IMG/VR virus record: IMGVR_UViG_3300045988_064194
Span: 1 to 39,811 of that record
Origin: a virus
Strand: one strand, 5' to 3'
Length of the DNA: 39,811 nucleotides
Shown: piece after piece, positions 15,961 to 23,343 of the stretch
How positions within the stretch are numbered: position 1 is the first letter of the stretch
Layout of the letters: each line of letters begins with the position of its first letter
The notes under the pieces: model-generated
What the model saw: the letters and a program-made list of their open reading frames with translations, nothing else
What the model was told of the DNA's origin: nothing
Databases searched by the model: none
Program-made: the position numbers and the translations under genes

Positions 15961-16490
15961 AAGCTGTTTTGATCAGCATTCGCCCGGAGTGGTGCCAGAA
16001 GATCATGGAAGGGCGGAAGACCATTGAGGTGCGCAAGACGCGACCGAAGATGAACACACCGTTTAAGTGCTACATCTACTGCACGGCAGGCAGACCTGAT
16101 CTGAACATCCCGATTTCTCAGGAGCGGCTTATGCGTGATTATCTGGAAACTGGTTCAATGAAATCGATGAACTGCCCACTTGGAAACGGGAAGGTTATCG
16201 GAGAGTTTACCTGCAACAGGGTAACGAACCTTTTTTCAAACAGCAGATTTTGGCTGGACGAGGATGATGTTTTACACACATGTTTGTCTGCTGCGGAAAT
16301 GCGAAAATACGCAAATGGTGCGCATGGGTTATGCGGCTGGCACATCTCAGATTTGCGCGTTTACGATCACCCGCGCGATCTGTGGGAGTTTACTGGTCTG
16401 CGGGAGACAAAATTCGGAGCAGAACCGGTGCCAATTACCCGCCCGCCGCAGAGCTGGCGGTATGTGGAGAAAGAGCTATGGAACGACTGA
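15957..16490 (+). CDS. ASCH-domain (PUA-like) protein
   Basis: MKAVLISIRPEWCQKIMEGRKTIEVRKTRP is a typical ASCH N-terminus. ATGA overlap with the PAPS-reductase gene. Confidence 0.7.
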   Translation: MKAVLISIRPEWCQKIMEGRKTIEVRKTRPKMNTPFKCYIYCTAGRPDLNIPISQERLMRDYLETGSMKSMNCPLGNGKVIGEFTCNRVTNLFSNSRFWLDEDDVLHTCLSAAEMRKYANGAHGLCGWHISDLRVYDHPRDLWEFTGLRETKFGAEPVPITRPPQSWRYVEKELWND

Positions 16491-16596
16491 CAAGACCCAA
16501 TCTCAACGTAGATACGGACACTGACCGATTTCTGCACGCCGCTTCTTGCATTGCCGTATGAAATGCAAAACAGAATCGGAAGGGAGTATATGGATT

Positions 16597-16878
16597 ATGA
16601 CTGATTATATCAGCCGCGAGGCGGCGCTGAAAGCACTATTTGCACCTGAAATGTGCTACGCTCCAATGCAGTTGCAGATTGTTAAGGACTTGCCCGCCGC
16701 TGACGTTGCGCAGGTGGTGCAGTGCAGGTACTGCAAGTACGGAGACTACGACAGCAAGCCGAACGGCGCTATGGTCTGCCTGAGAACAAATGATGGATTC
16801 TGGCGGAAGGAAACGGATTTTTGCAGTTACGGGGAGTATCAGACAAATGTGGGAGGTGTCAAAAATGTGGTTGATTGA
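16597..16878 (+). CDS. Hypothetical Cys-rich protein (93 aa), paralogue of the next gene
   Basis: ...VVQCRYCKY...FCSYGEY motif. GGAAGGGAG RBS. Confidence 0.55.
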   Translation: MTDYISREAALKALFAPEMCYAPMQLQIVKDLPAADVAQVVQCRYCKYGDYDSKPNGAMVCLRTNDGFWRKETDFCSYGEYQTNVGGVKNVVD

Positions 16879-17158
16879 TGCGAACCGGCTATACGACGCA
16901 GCAGAAGAAAAGTACATGGAAGATCGGAGCAAAACCGAGAATGTTATCACGCGCGCAATGTTGAGCCAAGCGCGACAGAAAATTCAGGAGCTGATTGCAT
17001 ATGCACCCTCGGTAGACGCTGAACCGGTCGTGCGTTGCCAAGATTGCAAGAATTTCCGTCGGAATGAAGAAAATGACCCGTACTGCGCAGATCGGAGAGG
17101 GCTTTCAGACCCGGAGCCTGACGGGTATTGCAGCTACGGAGAACGGAGGGAAGAATAA
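16865..17158 (+). CDS. Hypothetical Cys-rich protein (97 aa), paralogue of the previous gene
   Basis: ...PVVRCQDCKN...YCSYGER motif; overlaps the upstream gene by 14 nt. Confidence 0.55.
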   Translation: MWLIDANRLYDAAEEKYMEDRSKTENVITRAMLSQARQKIQELIAYAPSVDAEPVVRCQDCKNFRRNEENDPYCADRRGLSDPEPDGYCSYGERREE

Positions 17159-17161
17159 AGG

Positions 17162-17932
17162 ATGAGCCTAACAGACGCTGCCAGATACACCACAATGATT
17201 ATGGCGCAGAATCCAGACTGGTGCGCCAAAAGAATGGAAAACTTCGAGAAGTACATCACGGAAAATAGTGCTGGTGCTGCCGAGGTGTGTAATGAAAGGA
17301 AAGACAACTCCGCGATGAACACACACATTACAAACATCAAGGGCGATTGGCAGGAGGTCGTGGACACCTGCCGCGCCACTTCCGGAAAAGGGCCGCTCGG
17401 GCATGAGCCAAGCAAGGAGTTCAAGCGGCGGATCCTGATCGCTGAGCACTCGCCCATCCGCCGGATCTCGGTATCGTGGATATGGGAGGGGGTCAAAAGC
17501 TGGATCGCTACGCACTGGAGCCGCCATAAGTGGGAATGCTTCATTTCCACGCAGCGGACAGATCGGACAGGCACACCGCGGGACAAGCTGCCGCAGGACG
17601 CGCCGGTGATCTTCGAGGGAGAAGCGAACGTACAAGCCCTGATCGATTCCATGCGCAAGCGGTTATGCAGTCAGGCAGCCCCTGAGACGCGCGCGTATGC
17701 CGAGGATTTCAAAGCGGCGCTGCATGAGATTCAGCCGGAGATCTCGGACGTGTTGGTGCCAAACTGCATTTACCGGTGCGGATGCCCGGAGATGCAGCCA
17801 TGCGGGATGTACGAATGGTGGCTGAAATTTCACCCGGACATTGCAAGCACGGACATTCAGAAGCGGTATAACACTTACAACGAACTGTTTTGGAAAGCGA
17901 GGGCAAAACGTGGGAACGATACTGGCGATTGA
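17162..17932 (+). CDS. Divergent ThyX-like (FAD-dependent thymidylate-synthase fold) protein
   Basis: AEHSPIRR...WSRHKWECFISTQRTDR resembles the ThyX RHRx7S..R signature. The downstream NVQALIDSMRKRLCSQAAPETRAYA resembles the ThyX N-x3-L...R..S.A..E helix. Confidence 0.55.
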   Translation: MSLTDAARYTTMIMAQNPDWCAKRMENFEKYITENSAGAAEVCNERKDNSAMNTHITNIKGDWQEVVDTCRATSGKGPLGHEPSKEFKRRILIAEHSPIRRISVSWIWEGVKSWIATHWSRHKWECFISTQRTDRTGTPRDKLPQDAPVIFEGEANVQALIDSMRKRLCSQAAPETRAYAEDFKAALHEIQPEISDVLVPNCIYRCGCPEMQPCGMYEWWLKFHPDIASTDIQKRYNTYNELFWKARAKRGNDTGD

Positions 17933-18419
17933 CCCCGGCAATATTCAATCCGGCTATGTAATCGTAGAGCATGACGGCGAGGAGATCCGCCGTGTGCTGG
18001 AGGTCGGGAAAATCGAGAACAATGTGCTGCTCCCGCTAATCGCGCAGAAGCTTTACGGGAACGGCTACGACGTTGCAATCGAGATGATCGCGGGCATGGG
18101 CATGACGGTAGGCCAAGAGGTTTTTGATACTTGCGTCTGGATCGGGCGGTTCTGGCAGACCGTATTGTGGCAGACTGGATATGGGCCGACGCGAATCTTC
18201 CGCCGGGAAGAAAAGCTGGATCTGTGCGGCTCACTATCTGCCAAAGATGCAAACATCCGTCAAGCCCTCGTCGACCGCTACGCGCCCGGCCAGCCGAACT
18301 TCGGAAAGGGGACGAAAAAGGATCCCGGTTTCTTCTACGGTTTCTCGGCGGACATGTGGGCAGCTATGGCCGTTGCAACCACATATTTTGATAAGTACAT
18401 CAAGGGGGTAAAGCTGTAA
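17910..18419 (+). CDS. RuvC-like Holliday-junction resolvase
   Basis: GTILAIDPGNIQSGYVIV, VAIEMI and ADMWAAMAVA give a RuvC-type acidic-residue pattern. GTG 17910 is chosen as the start and is uncertain. Confidence 0.7.
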   Translation: MGTILAIDPGNIQSGYVIVEHDGEEIRRVLEVGKIENNVLLPLIAQKLYGNGYDVAIEMIAGMGMTVGQEVFDTCVWIGRFWQTVLWQTGYGPTRIFRREEKLDLCGSLSAKDANIRQALVDRYAPGQPNFGKGTKKDPGFFYGFSADMWAAMAVATTYFDKYIKGVKL

Positions 18420-18754
18420 TGGCAAATATCACGGCGACCTGCCCGGTTTGCGGGAAAGTGTTTACCCGGCCCTGCAAGCCGCGCGCGGATGGCCGGTATC
18501 TCTGCAGCCGGGCGTGTGCCGGGGCATGGCGCAAGCTGCATCCAATCTGCACGGGCAAGCGGCGAGATCGCGCATGGGATGAGGTACGGGTCCAGATCAC
18601 GGCGGTCATTCCGGTCTATCCCGCCATGCGCCCACGCATGGGCGAAGTGTACGACGCGGAAAAATATGAATACGTCAGCAGCATGCCCGGGTATGTTGTG
18701 CGCGTCGGAGACAAGCGGGTCTGTGTGAGGGTGGACGAATGCAGGGAGATTTAA
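18419..18754 (+). CDS. Hypothetical zinc-ribbon protein (111 aa)
   Basis: CPVCG...CSRAC. TAATG overlap with the resolvase stop. Confidence 0.55.
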   Translation: MANITATCPVCGKVFTRPCKPRADGRYLCSRACAGAWRKLHPICTGKRRDRAWDEVRVQITAVIPVYPAMRPRMGEVYDAEKYEYVSSMPGYVVRVGDKRVCVRVDECREI

Positions 18755-18972
18755 GAATCAGCCCATATTCCGCTCCGTGCGGCAGCTGCCCCGAGAAAGG
18801 CTGCGGGGCAAAGCATACGACCTGCGAGGCGTACATAGCGTTCCGGGCCTCCGTGGACGAGTACAAAAAGAACAAGGCTGAATCCGCTGAGCGCAAAAAG
18901 GCGACGGGCAGCCTGCGTTCACGGGTCCGGAAATACGACAGAGCAAAACGCGAAGGGAGGGTGCACTATTGA
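18739..18972 (+). CDS. Hypothetical Cys-rich basic protein (77 aa)
   Basis: Overlaps its neighbours; CGSCPEKGCG...C. Confidence 0.5.
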   Translation: MQGDLRISPYSAPCGSCPEKGCGAKHTTCEAYIAFRASVDEYKKNKAESAERKKATGSLRSRVRKYDRAKREGRVHY

Positions 18973-19232
18973 TGAGCGGGATCACAGAGCAGGAATATGC
19001 GGCGTGGCTGGAAAAGGCGTTGCAAGCGCTCTATAAATCCAAGCCGCTTGCAATCGCGATTGTGGCAAAAACAGGAGCGGGAAATACGCTTACGGGCTAC
19101 TACAATGCGGACGCACAGGACAAGGCCGTGTTTGCCCACCATATCCAAAGCGATATCGTGCTGGACATTATCAAGGCAAATGCCGCAGAAATCAAGGCCA
19201 TGATGGAGGGCGTAGACGATGGAACAGATTAA
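18972..19232 (+). CDS. Hypothetical protein (86 aa)
   Basis: The ATG shares one nt with the upstream TGA. Confidence 0.5.
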   Translation: MSGITEQEYAAWLEKALQALYKSKPLAIAIVAKTGAGNTLTGYYNADAQDKAVFAHHIQSDIVLDIIKANAAEIKAMMEGVDDGTD

Positions 19233-19734
19233 GGGGGCAAAGTACGACGAGGGCAAGCCCCGCCCGTCGCTCGTGCCGGTGGAGGGCATCGAGGCGATCA
19301 TGCAGGTGCGCGAATATGGAATGCGGAAGTACGGTGATGCCGAGGACTGGCGAAGTATAGCCCCTGAAAGGTGGCACGACGCCCTTCTGCGCCACGTTCT
19401 GCATATCTGGGATAATCCGCTGGCGCTTGACGATGAGAGCGGCCTGCCGGCTCTGTGGCATGTTATAACTAATGCTGCGTTTCTGTGCGCGGCGTACAAA
19501 GATGATATCGATGAATTTTATGCTGAAGCAAAGGAGCTGAATGAAGCAGCGGGCGAACGGTGGGATAAGATGGTGCAAAGCGCATTAAACAATCCAATAG
19601 CGAAGGATATTCACGTCGACTGGGTCTGGACAGGGCCAGGGCCCGACCCGCGCGGGGAAGAAGGAGATCTTGGGCCTGGTGTTACAAAGGAGGCGAAGCA
19701 ATGCGGGGACGCGAGCGGACGCGGCAACGACTGA
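19219..19734 (+). CDS. DUF5664 / dATP-dGTP diphosphohydrolase N-terminal-domain-like protein
   Basis: KYDEGKPRPSLVP...REYGMRKYGDAEDW...WHDALLRHVLHIW...DESGLPALWHVITNAAFL matches the pattern of that family as I remember it. Confidence 0.5.
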   Translation: MEQIKGAKYDEGKPRPSLVPVEGIEAIMQVREYGMRKYGDAEDWRSIAPERWHDALLRHVLHIWDNPLALDDESGLPALWHVITNAAFLCAAYKDDIDEFYAEAKELNEAAGERWDKMVQSALNNPIAKDIHVDWVWTGPGPDPRGEEGDLGPGVTKEAKQCGDASGRGND

Positions 19735-19910
19735 GGGCGGAGCTGCACCGACGCAATATCAGGATCAATCAACTGCCGGAGTACATACCGTACTCCGGCA
19801 AGACGTGTTACAAATACCTGTCAGGCAAGGGCGAAATCTCCAAAGAGTTTGTGGACGCTGTGCAGATCTTGCTTGATAGATGGGATAATAAGCGAAGCGC
19901 CCGGCCTTAA
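19701..19910 (+). CDS. Small basic HTH-like protein (69 aa)
   Basis: AAGGAGG RBS 7 nt upstream; last gene of the rightward early operon. Confidence 0.45.
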   Translation: MRGRERTRQRLRAELHRRNIRINQLPEYIPYSGKTCYKYLSGKGEISKEFVDAVQILLDRWDNKRSARP

Positions 19911-19925
19911 TTGGCTGGGCGCTTT
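19894..19925. terminator. Bidirectional terminator hairpin between convergent operons
   Basis: Stem of about 12 bp, GAAGCGCCCGGCC / GGCTGGGCGCTTT, with loop TTAATT containing the TAA of 19701..19910. Confidence 0.55.
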
Positions 19926-19928
19926 CGT

Positions 19929-20135
19929 TTATTCTCCGCGCATGATGGCTTTGATGGCTTCCGACTGGCTGCGGCCGTTGACAATATGGCGGTCGATGGC
20001 GTCTATCAGCACCGCGTCTTCCGGGTTATCCATTCGAAGCGTAAGCGTAAACTTGCGGTAAGTCTTCGCATTATAGCGCATTTTTACTTCGCTGCTGGTA
20101 TGCGTTTTCCGCGTTGGCTTCTGTTCTTCTGGCAT
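19929..20135 (-). CDS. Arc/CopG-like ribbon-helix-helix protein (68 aa); island gene D
   Basis: AGGAGG RBS before ATG 20135. YRKFTLTLRMDNPEDAVLIDAIDRHIVNGRSQSEAIKAIM has an RHH pattern. The upstream part of track ORF 19929..20333 looks non-coding. Confidence 0.6.
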   Translation of the reverse strand: MPEEQKPTRKTHTSSEVKMRYNAKTYRKFTLTLRMDNPEDAVLIDAIDRHIVNGRSQSEAIKAIMRGE

Positions 20136-20199
20136 GGTGTTTCCTCCTGTCAGCGCTCTCATGCTTGCAATATCCTTTGTTTCTTGTGCCTCGTCTGAA

Positions 20200-20982
20200 T
20201 CATAAAAAATGAATATGGATTTCTCCGCTTCTGATTTTTGTGTTGAGAAACGCGGCCTCTGGATTCGGGGCGTTCTCAATGCTTTTCTTGCATAAATAAA
20301 GTACGATCTGCAAAGCCTGTCTGTGCGCGGCAAGCTCGGCGTTTCTCAACTCCAAAGTTGTGATCATGGCTCTGCGGATCTCTGGATTATCATCCGATAG
20401 ATTTTTCAGCGCTTCGTTTACCGTATGAGATAAGCTCGAACGAACCGTTTTTTTTCCAAGATGGATTGGGATGCCGATGGTTTTGCCGGTTTCCTTGAGA
20501 TACAGCAGCCGCAGCTCGTGGTCGCCGCTATTTACATCATCCTCAAGATGCACAAACACACCGTGGCACGGAGAATCAATATACCGAAAGCCGTCAGCGA
20601 ATTGCACATAAAAAGATCGGTACGGGATATGGTACAGCGCCTTGCTATCGATCTCAAACTCCTCATCTTCTTGTGCAAACAATCGTTCCTGCAAAGAACG
20701 GCCAACGATAAACACATCCTTGTTTTCAATCCATGGTGCAAGGGCGGCGATCTCTTGCGTTGCCTTTGTGGCGGCAGAAATGTTTTCGTATGTGCCAGGA
20801 GAATCGCCCATCGCAATCGCCATTGCCGCGGACATTGGTGCATAGCACCATTGATTCCATCTCGGAAGCCCGTTCTTGCCGTTCATTTCATGGAACAGTT
20901 TCATTTTCTCCCAGGCATCAGGGTATTCTTCTGTTACTCTCTGCAACAGAGCAAGCGGTGGATATGATGGATCAATTCGCAT
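20200..20982 (-). CDS. Hypothetical protein (260 aa); island gene C
   Basis: GGAGGAG RBS. The start overlaps the gene B stop by 11 nt. No motif recognised. Confidence 0.65.
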   Translation of the reverse strand: MRIDPSYPPLALLQRVTEEYPDAWEKMKLFHEMNGKNGLPRWNQWCYAPMSAAMAIAMGDSPGTYENISAATKATQEIAALAPWIENKDVFIVGRSLQERLFAQEDEEFEIDSKALYHIPYRSFYVQFADGFRYIDSPCHGVFVHLEDDVNSGDHELRLLYLKETGKTIGIPIHLGKKTVRSSLSHTVNEALKNLSDDNPEIRRAMITTLELRNAELAAHRQALQIVLYLCKKSIENAPNPEAAFLNTKIRSGEIHIHFL

Positions 20983-21736
20983 TCTTGATCTCCTCCACCT
21001 TTTCCTTGTACGCTGCCAGCGCGGACTTGTAGTTTTTTATGGCTGAAACATCTTCATCGGAAATACTTGTTTCCGTATTATCCAGGTAAATGCGCCAGTT
21101 TCCGGGCCTTCCATAGAATTTCCCGTTCCAGCGTCCTGCCGGGTAGCATACAGGGCGTTCCGGTTTTTCGAGCGCTGCTATTGCGCTCGCAACAGCGGCG
21201 TCGCCTTCTGCGAGGTGCTTTGCCATATCGCAGAAGAGCATATGATCCATCTGCGTGAAAGCGTTCTTGGATTCGAGTTCAGGGATGATCTCTTTCAGCG
21301 AGCGGATCGCATCGGAAACAGCAGAGGAAACGGCTTCTGAAAATTCTTTTGCAGTGGTATATTTGGGCGCCGGAAGTTCCTTGCTCCAACACGCGTTGAA
21401 TCGAGTTCCCATATCCAGGATGCCGGACAATCCTGTTTCAAACGGAACATCCCAGCGATAGCCGCGAGATTTGAGTGCATCCTTCACGGGCCGGGTGTTC
21501 CCGGTAATGGAGATCACGATCTGTGCATTGAGAACATCAAGCCCAACGAGCGCCGTGATCGGATTCTTCGATTCTTCGGAGCGCATACGCTTTGCGTAGC
21601 AGGCAGGGCATTCCGTATAGTGGTCTGCCGCCCACAAAGCCCAGCTATCAGCTTCGGCGCGGAGCCCTTTGTTGGCCGTTCTCGTAAATTCTGTTCCGCA
21701 TGTTTCACATTTGCAGTAAGCTGTTGCTTTTGCCAT
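20972..21736 (-). CDS. Hypothetical protein with an N-terminal zinc ribbon (254 aa); island gene B
   Basis: GAGGGGG RBS before ATG 21736. CKCETCG...CPAC. The ITGNTRPVKDALKSRGYRWD segment resembles small DUF5710-like beta-alpha modules. Confidence 0.65.
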   Translation of the reverse strand: MAKATAYCKCETCGTEFTRTANKGLRAEADSWALWAADHYTECPACYAKRMRSEESKNPITALVGLDVLNAQIVISITGNTRPVKDALKSRGYRWDVPFETGLSGILDMGTRFNACWSKELPAPKYTTAKEFSEAVSSAVSDAIRSLKEIIPELESKNAFTQMDHMLFCDMAKHLAEGDAAVASAIAALEKPERPVCYPAGRWNGKFYGRPGNWRIYLDNTETSISDEDVSAIKNYKSALAAYKEKVEEIKNAN

Positions 21737-21825
21737 GATATTTGCCCCCTCATTTTTATTATACTGCTCCAATGCGGTTGCACCGAAGCAGTTTTTGTTG
21801 GAATGGAATGTGGTGGATCTAAAAC

Positions 21826-22041
21826 TCAGATCTTCTCGCCGCAGCATACGCGATACTGGATCTCTGCGGGTATATTGTGTTCAGTCCGCCCGCAATACCA
21901 ACGGGAGAGGATCTCGCCGCTATCATCGTAGCTGGCTTTTTCGGCCAGCTTAAGAAGCCGGCTTGCAGAGTTCGAGCGGTGGAAGAAAAACATCTGGCCG
22001 TTTTCGTCATATGCCTTAAAGAAGTATTTATACTGTTTCAT
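21826..22041 (-). CDS. Hypothetical small protein (71 aa); island gene A
   Basis: AGGAGG RBS before ATG 22041; about 50 nt downstream of the sigma-A promoter. Confidence 0.5.
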   Translation of the reverse strand: MKQYKYFFKAYDENGQMFFFHRSNSASRLLKLAEKASYDDSGEILSRWYCGRTEHNIPAEIQYRVCCGEKI

Positions 22042-22096
22042 TTTGTGTTCCTCCTGTGTTCCAGCACCGGGGCGGATTCTTTGTTTCTGTGGCTTC

Positions 22097-22125
22097 ATCA
22101 TAGCGCATACACCGGAGTATGTCAA
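22097..22125 (-). promoter_or_regulatory. Near-consensus sigma-A promoter of the minus-strand island (TTGACA-17-TATGAT)
   Basis: Minus strand reads cTTGACAtactccggtgtatgcgcTATGATgaag. -35 at 22120-22125, -10 at 22097-22102. Confidence 0.6.
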
Positions 22126-22147
22126 GAGGTTTCCCGAAAAAATTTTC

Positions 22148-22162
22148 TTGACCATGTGTCAA
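22148..22162. promoter_or_regulatory. Palindrome TTGAC-N5-GTCAA just upstream of the island promoter (possible operator)
   Basis: TTGACcatgtGTCAA. Confidence 0.3.
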
Positions 22163-22361
22163 TAGCTTTATTTACCCATTTTCAAACGGGCTCAAACCAT
22201 TGCGGCGCAAGGCTTTCAGGCGTTTTGTGCTGTGGTCAAATTCTTTACCATGAATCAAAATCGCTGTTATGCTTGCGCTAGCAGCGCAGCGCTGCAAGCC
22301 AGCTTGCAAGCGTGCGCAGGCGACGCGCAAGCGCAATTTTCACGCCTCGGGAGGTGGCAGC

Positions 22362-22775
22362 ATGGCGAAGGGCGAGCGGGGAAAGCGGATCAATATTGAG
22401 CAGAAAGCCGCCGTCATTGCCGAGTATGCCAACAGCGGAACGATCACAGATGCTGCAAAAGCAGGCGGCGTATCTTGGGAAACGGCGCGGAAGCTCATTA
22501 ACAACAATATGGATGTCGCTGAAGCGGTAAAAAAGACCGCCGAGGAGCGCATGAAAGAGTTTGCAAACAGCCGCCTGGACAAGGTGCAGGCCGCCATTGA
22601 TGTTGTATTGGATGATCTCCCGGACAAGCTGCAAAAGAGCAATGCGCTCCAATCTGCAACGGTTCTTGGCATTCTGATGGACAAATTCGGAGGCCAAAAG
22701 GACTTCAACGGCAATGCCGTACAGGTCAATGTAACATTTGGAAATAAGGCCGGAGACATGGACGCTTTCAAGTGA
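22362..22775 (+). CDS. terS: Putative terminase small subunit (137 aa, N-terminal HTH)
   Basis: GGGAGGTGG RBS. HTH-like QKAAVIAEYANSGTITDAAKAGGVSWETARKLI. Position upstream of terL. Confidence 0.55.
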   Translation: MAKGERGKRINIEQKAAVIAEYANSGTITDAAKAGGVSWETARKLINNNMDVAEAVKKTAEERMKEFANSRLDKVQAAIDVVLDDLPDKLQKSNALQSATVLGILMDKFGGQKDFNGNAVQVNVTFGNKAGDMDAFK

Positions 22776-22810
22776 ACGCCACCAAATACTCATTTTGTGG
22801 CGTTCGTTTT
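22775..22810 (+). terminator. Terminator-like hairpin directly after terS
   Basis: AACGCCAC(c)AAA...TTT(t)GTGGCGTT followed by CGTTTTCTTC. Confidence 0.5.
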
Positions 22811-23211
22811 CTTCGAGAAGTTCAGATAACTACTAGAATTACGTAGATATCAGAACTATATTCAGATATACGTGCATACCGCGTATATTATGCAGTGCAT
22901 AAGCAGGGCAGAAGCATGCATAAAGCTATGTGCTGCGCGTGCCTGGGCTGCGTGCGTACATCAGTAAGCCCAGGCTGCGGGCCATTAAGGCCCCGCGCTG
23001 CGCGTGTGTGCAGCCGTGTGTGCGTACCCCTCCACCAAATCAAGAGAGGCATAGGGGAGGGTGGCGGAAAAACACCCGGGTAGTTTCATACTAGTATATA
23101 TATAATATCCCATCCACGTGTGCATCCCATCCCAAAGAGGGTACCTACAAAACTGACGGCACCCTTCTGAAACATGCCTCTGAAAAATTTCAAAAACCAG
23201 ACAAAAAGACC

Positions 23212-23332
23212 GTGCTGTGTTGGTCTTGCCTGTCTTCGGCAGGCAGGTGAATCCTCCTTGTTTCATCTTTCTTCCCTTCATCTTGTTCTGCCGGGTGCCA
23301 GGAACACCCGGCAGGCAAGACGAGCACAGCAC
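23212..23332 (+). other. Long-range 21-nt inverted repeat enclosing local hairpins just upstream of the terL RBS (candidate structured RNA/DNA element)
   Basis: GTGCTGTGTTGGTCTTGCCTG (23212-23232) pairs with CAGGCAAGACGAGCACAGCAC (23312-23332) with 1 mismatch and 1 G-U. An inner 10-bp hairpin CTGCCGGGTG/CACCCGGCAG lies at 23288-23314. Confidence 0.4.
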
Positions 23333-23343
23333 AGAGGTACTGC

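Noticed and set aside
22895-23332. ORFs inside the terS-terL spacer (22895..23083 +, 22985..23332 -, 23174..23389 +).
   Set aside because: They have no convincing RBS and Cys/Arg-rich implausible sequences. They overlap hairpins, inverted repeats and the terL start. I treated the region as non-coding and structured, although a very small peptide cannot be excluded.
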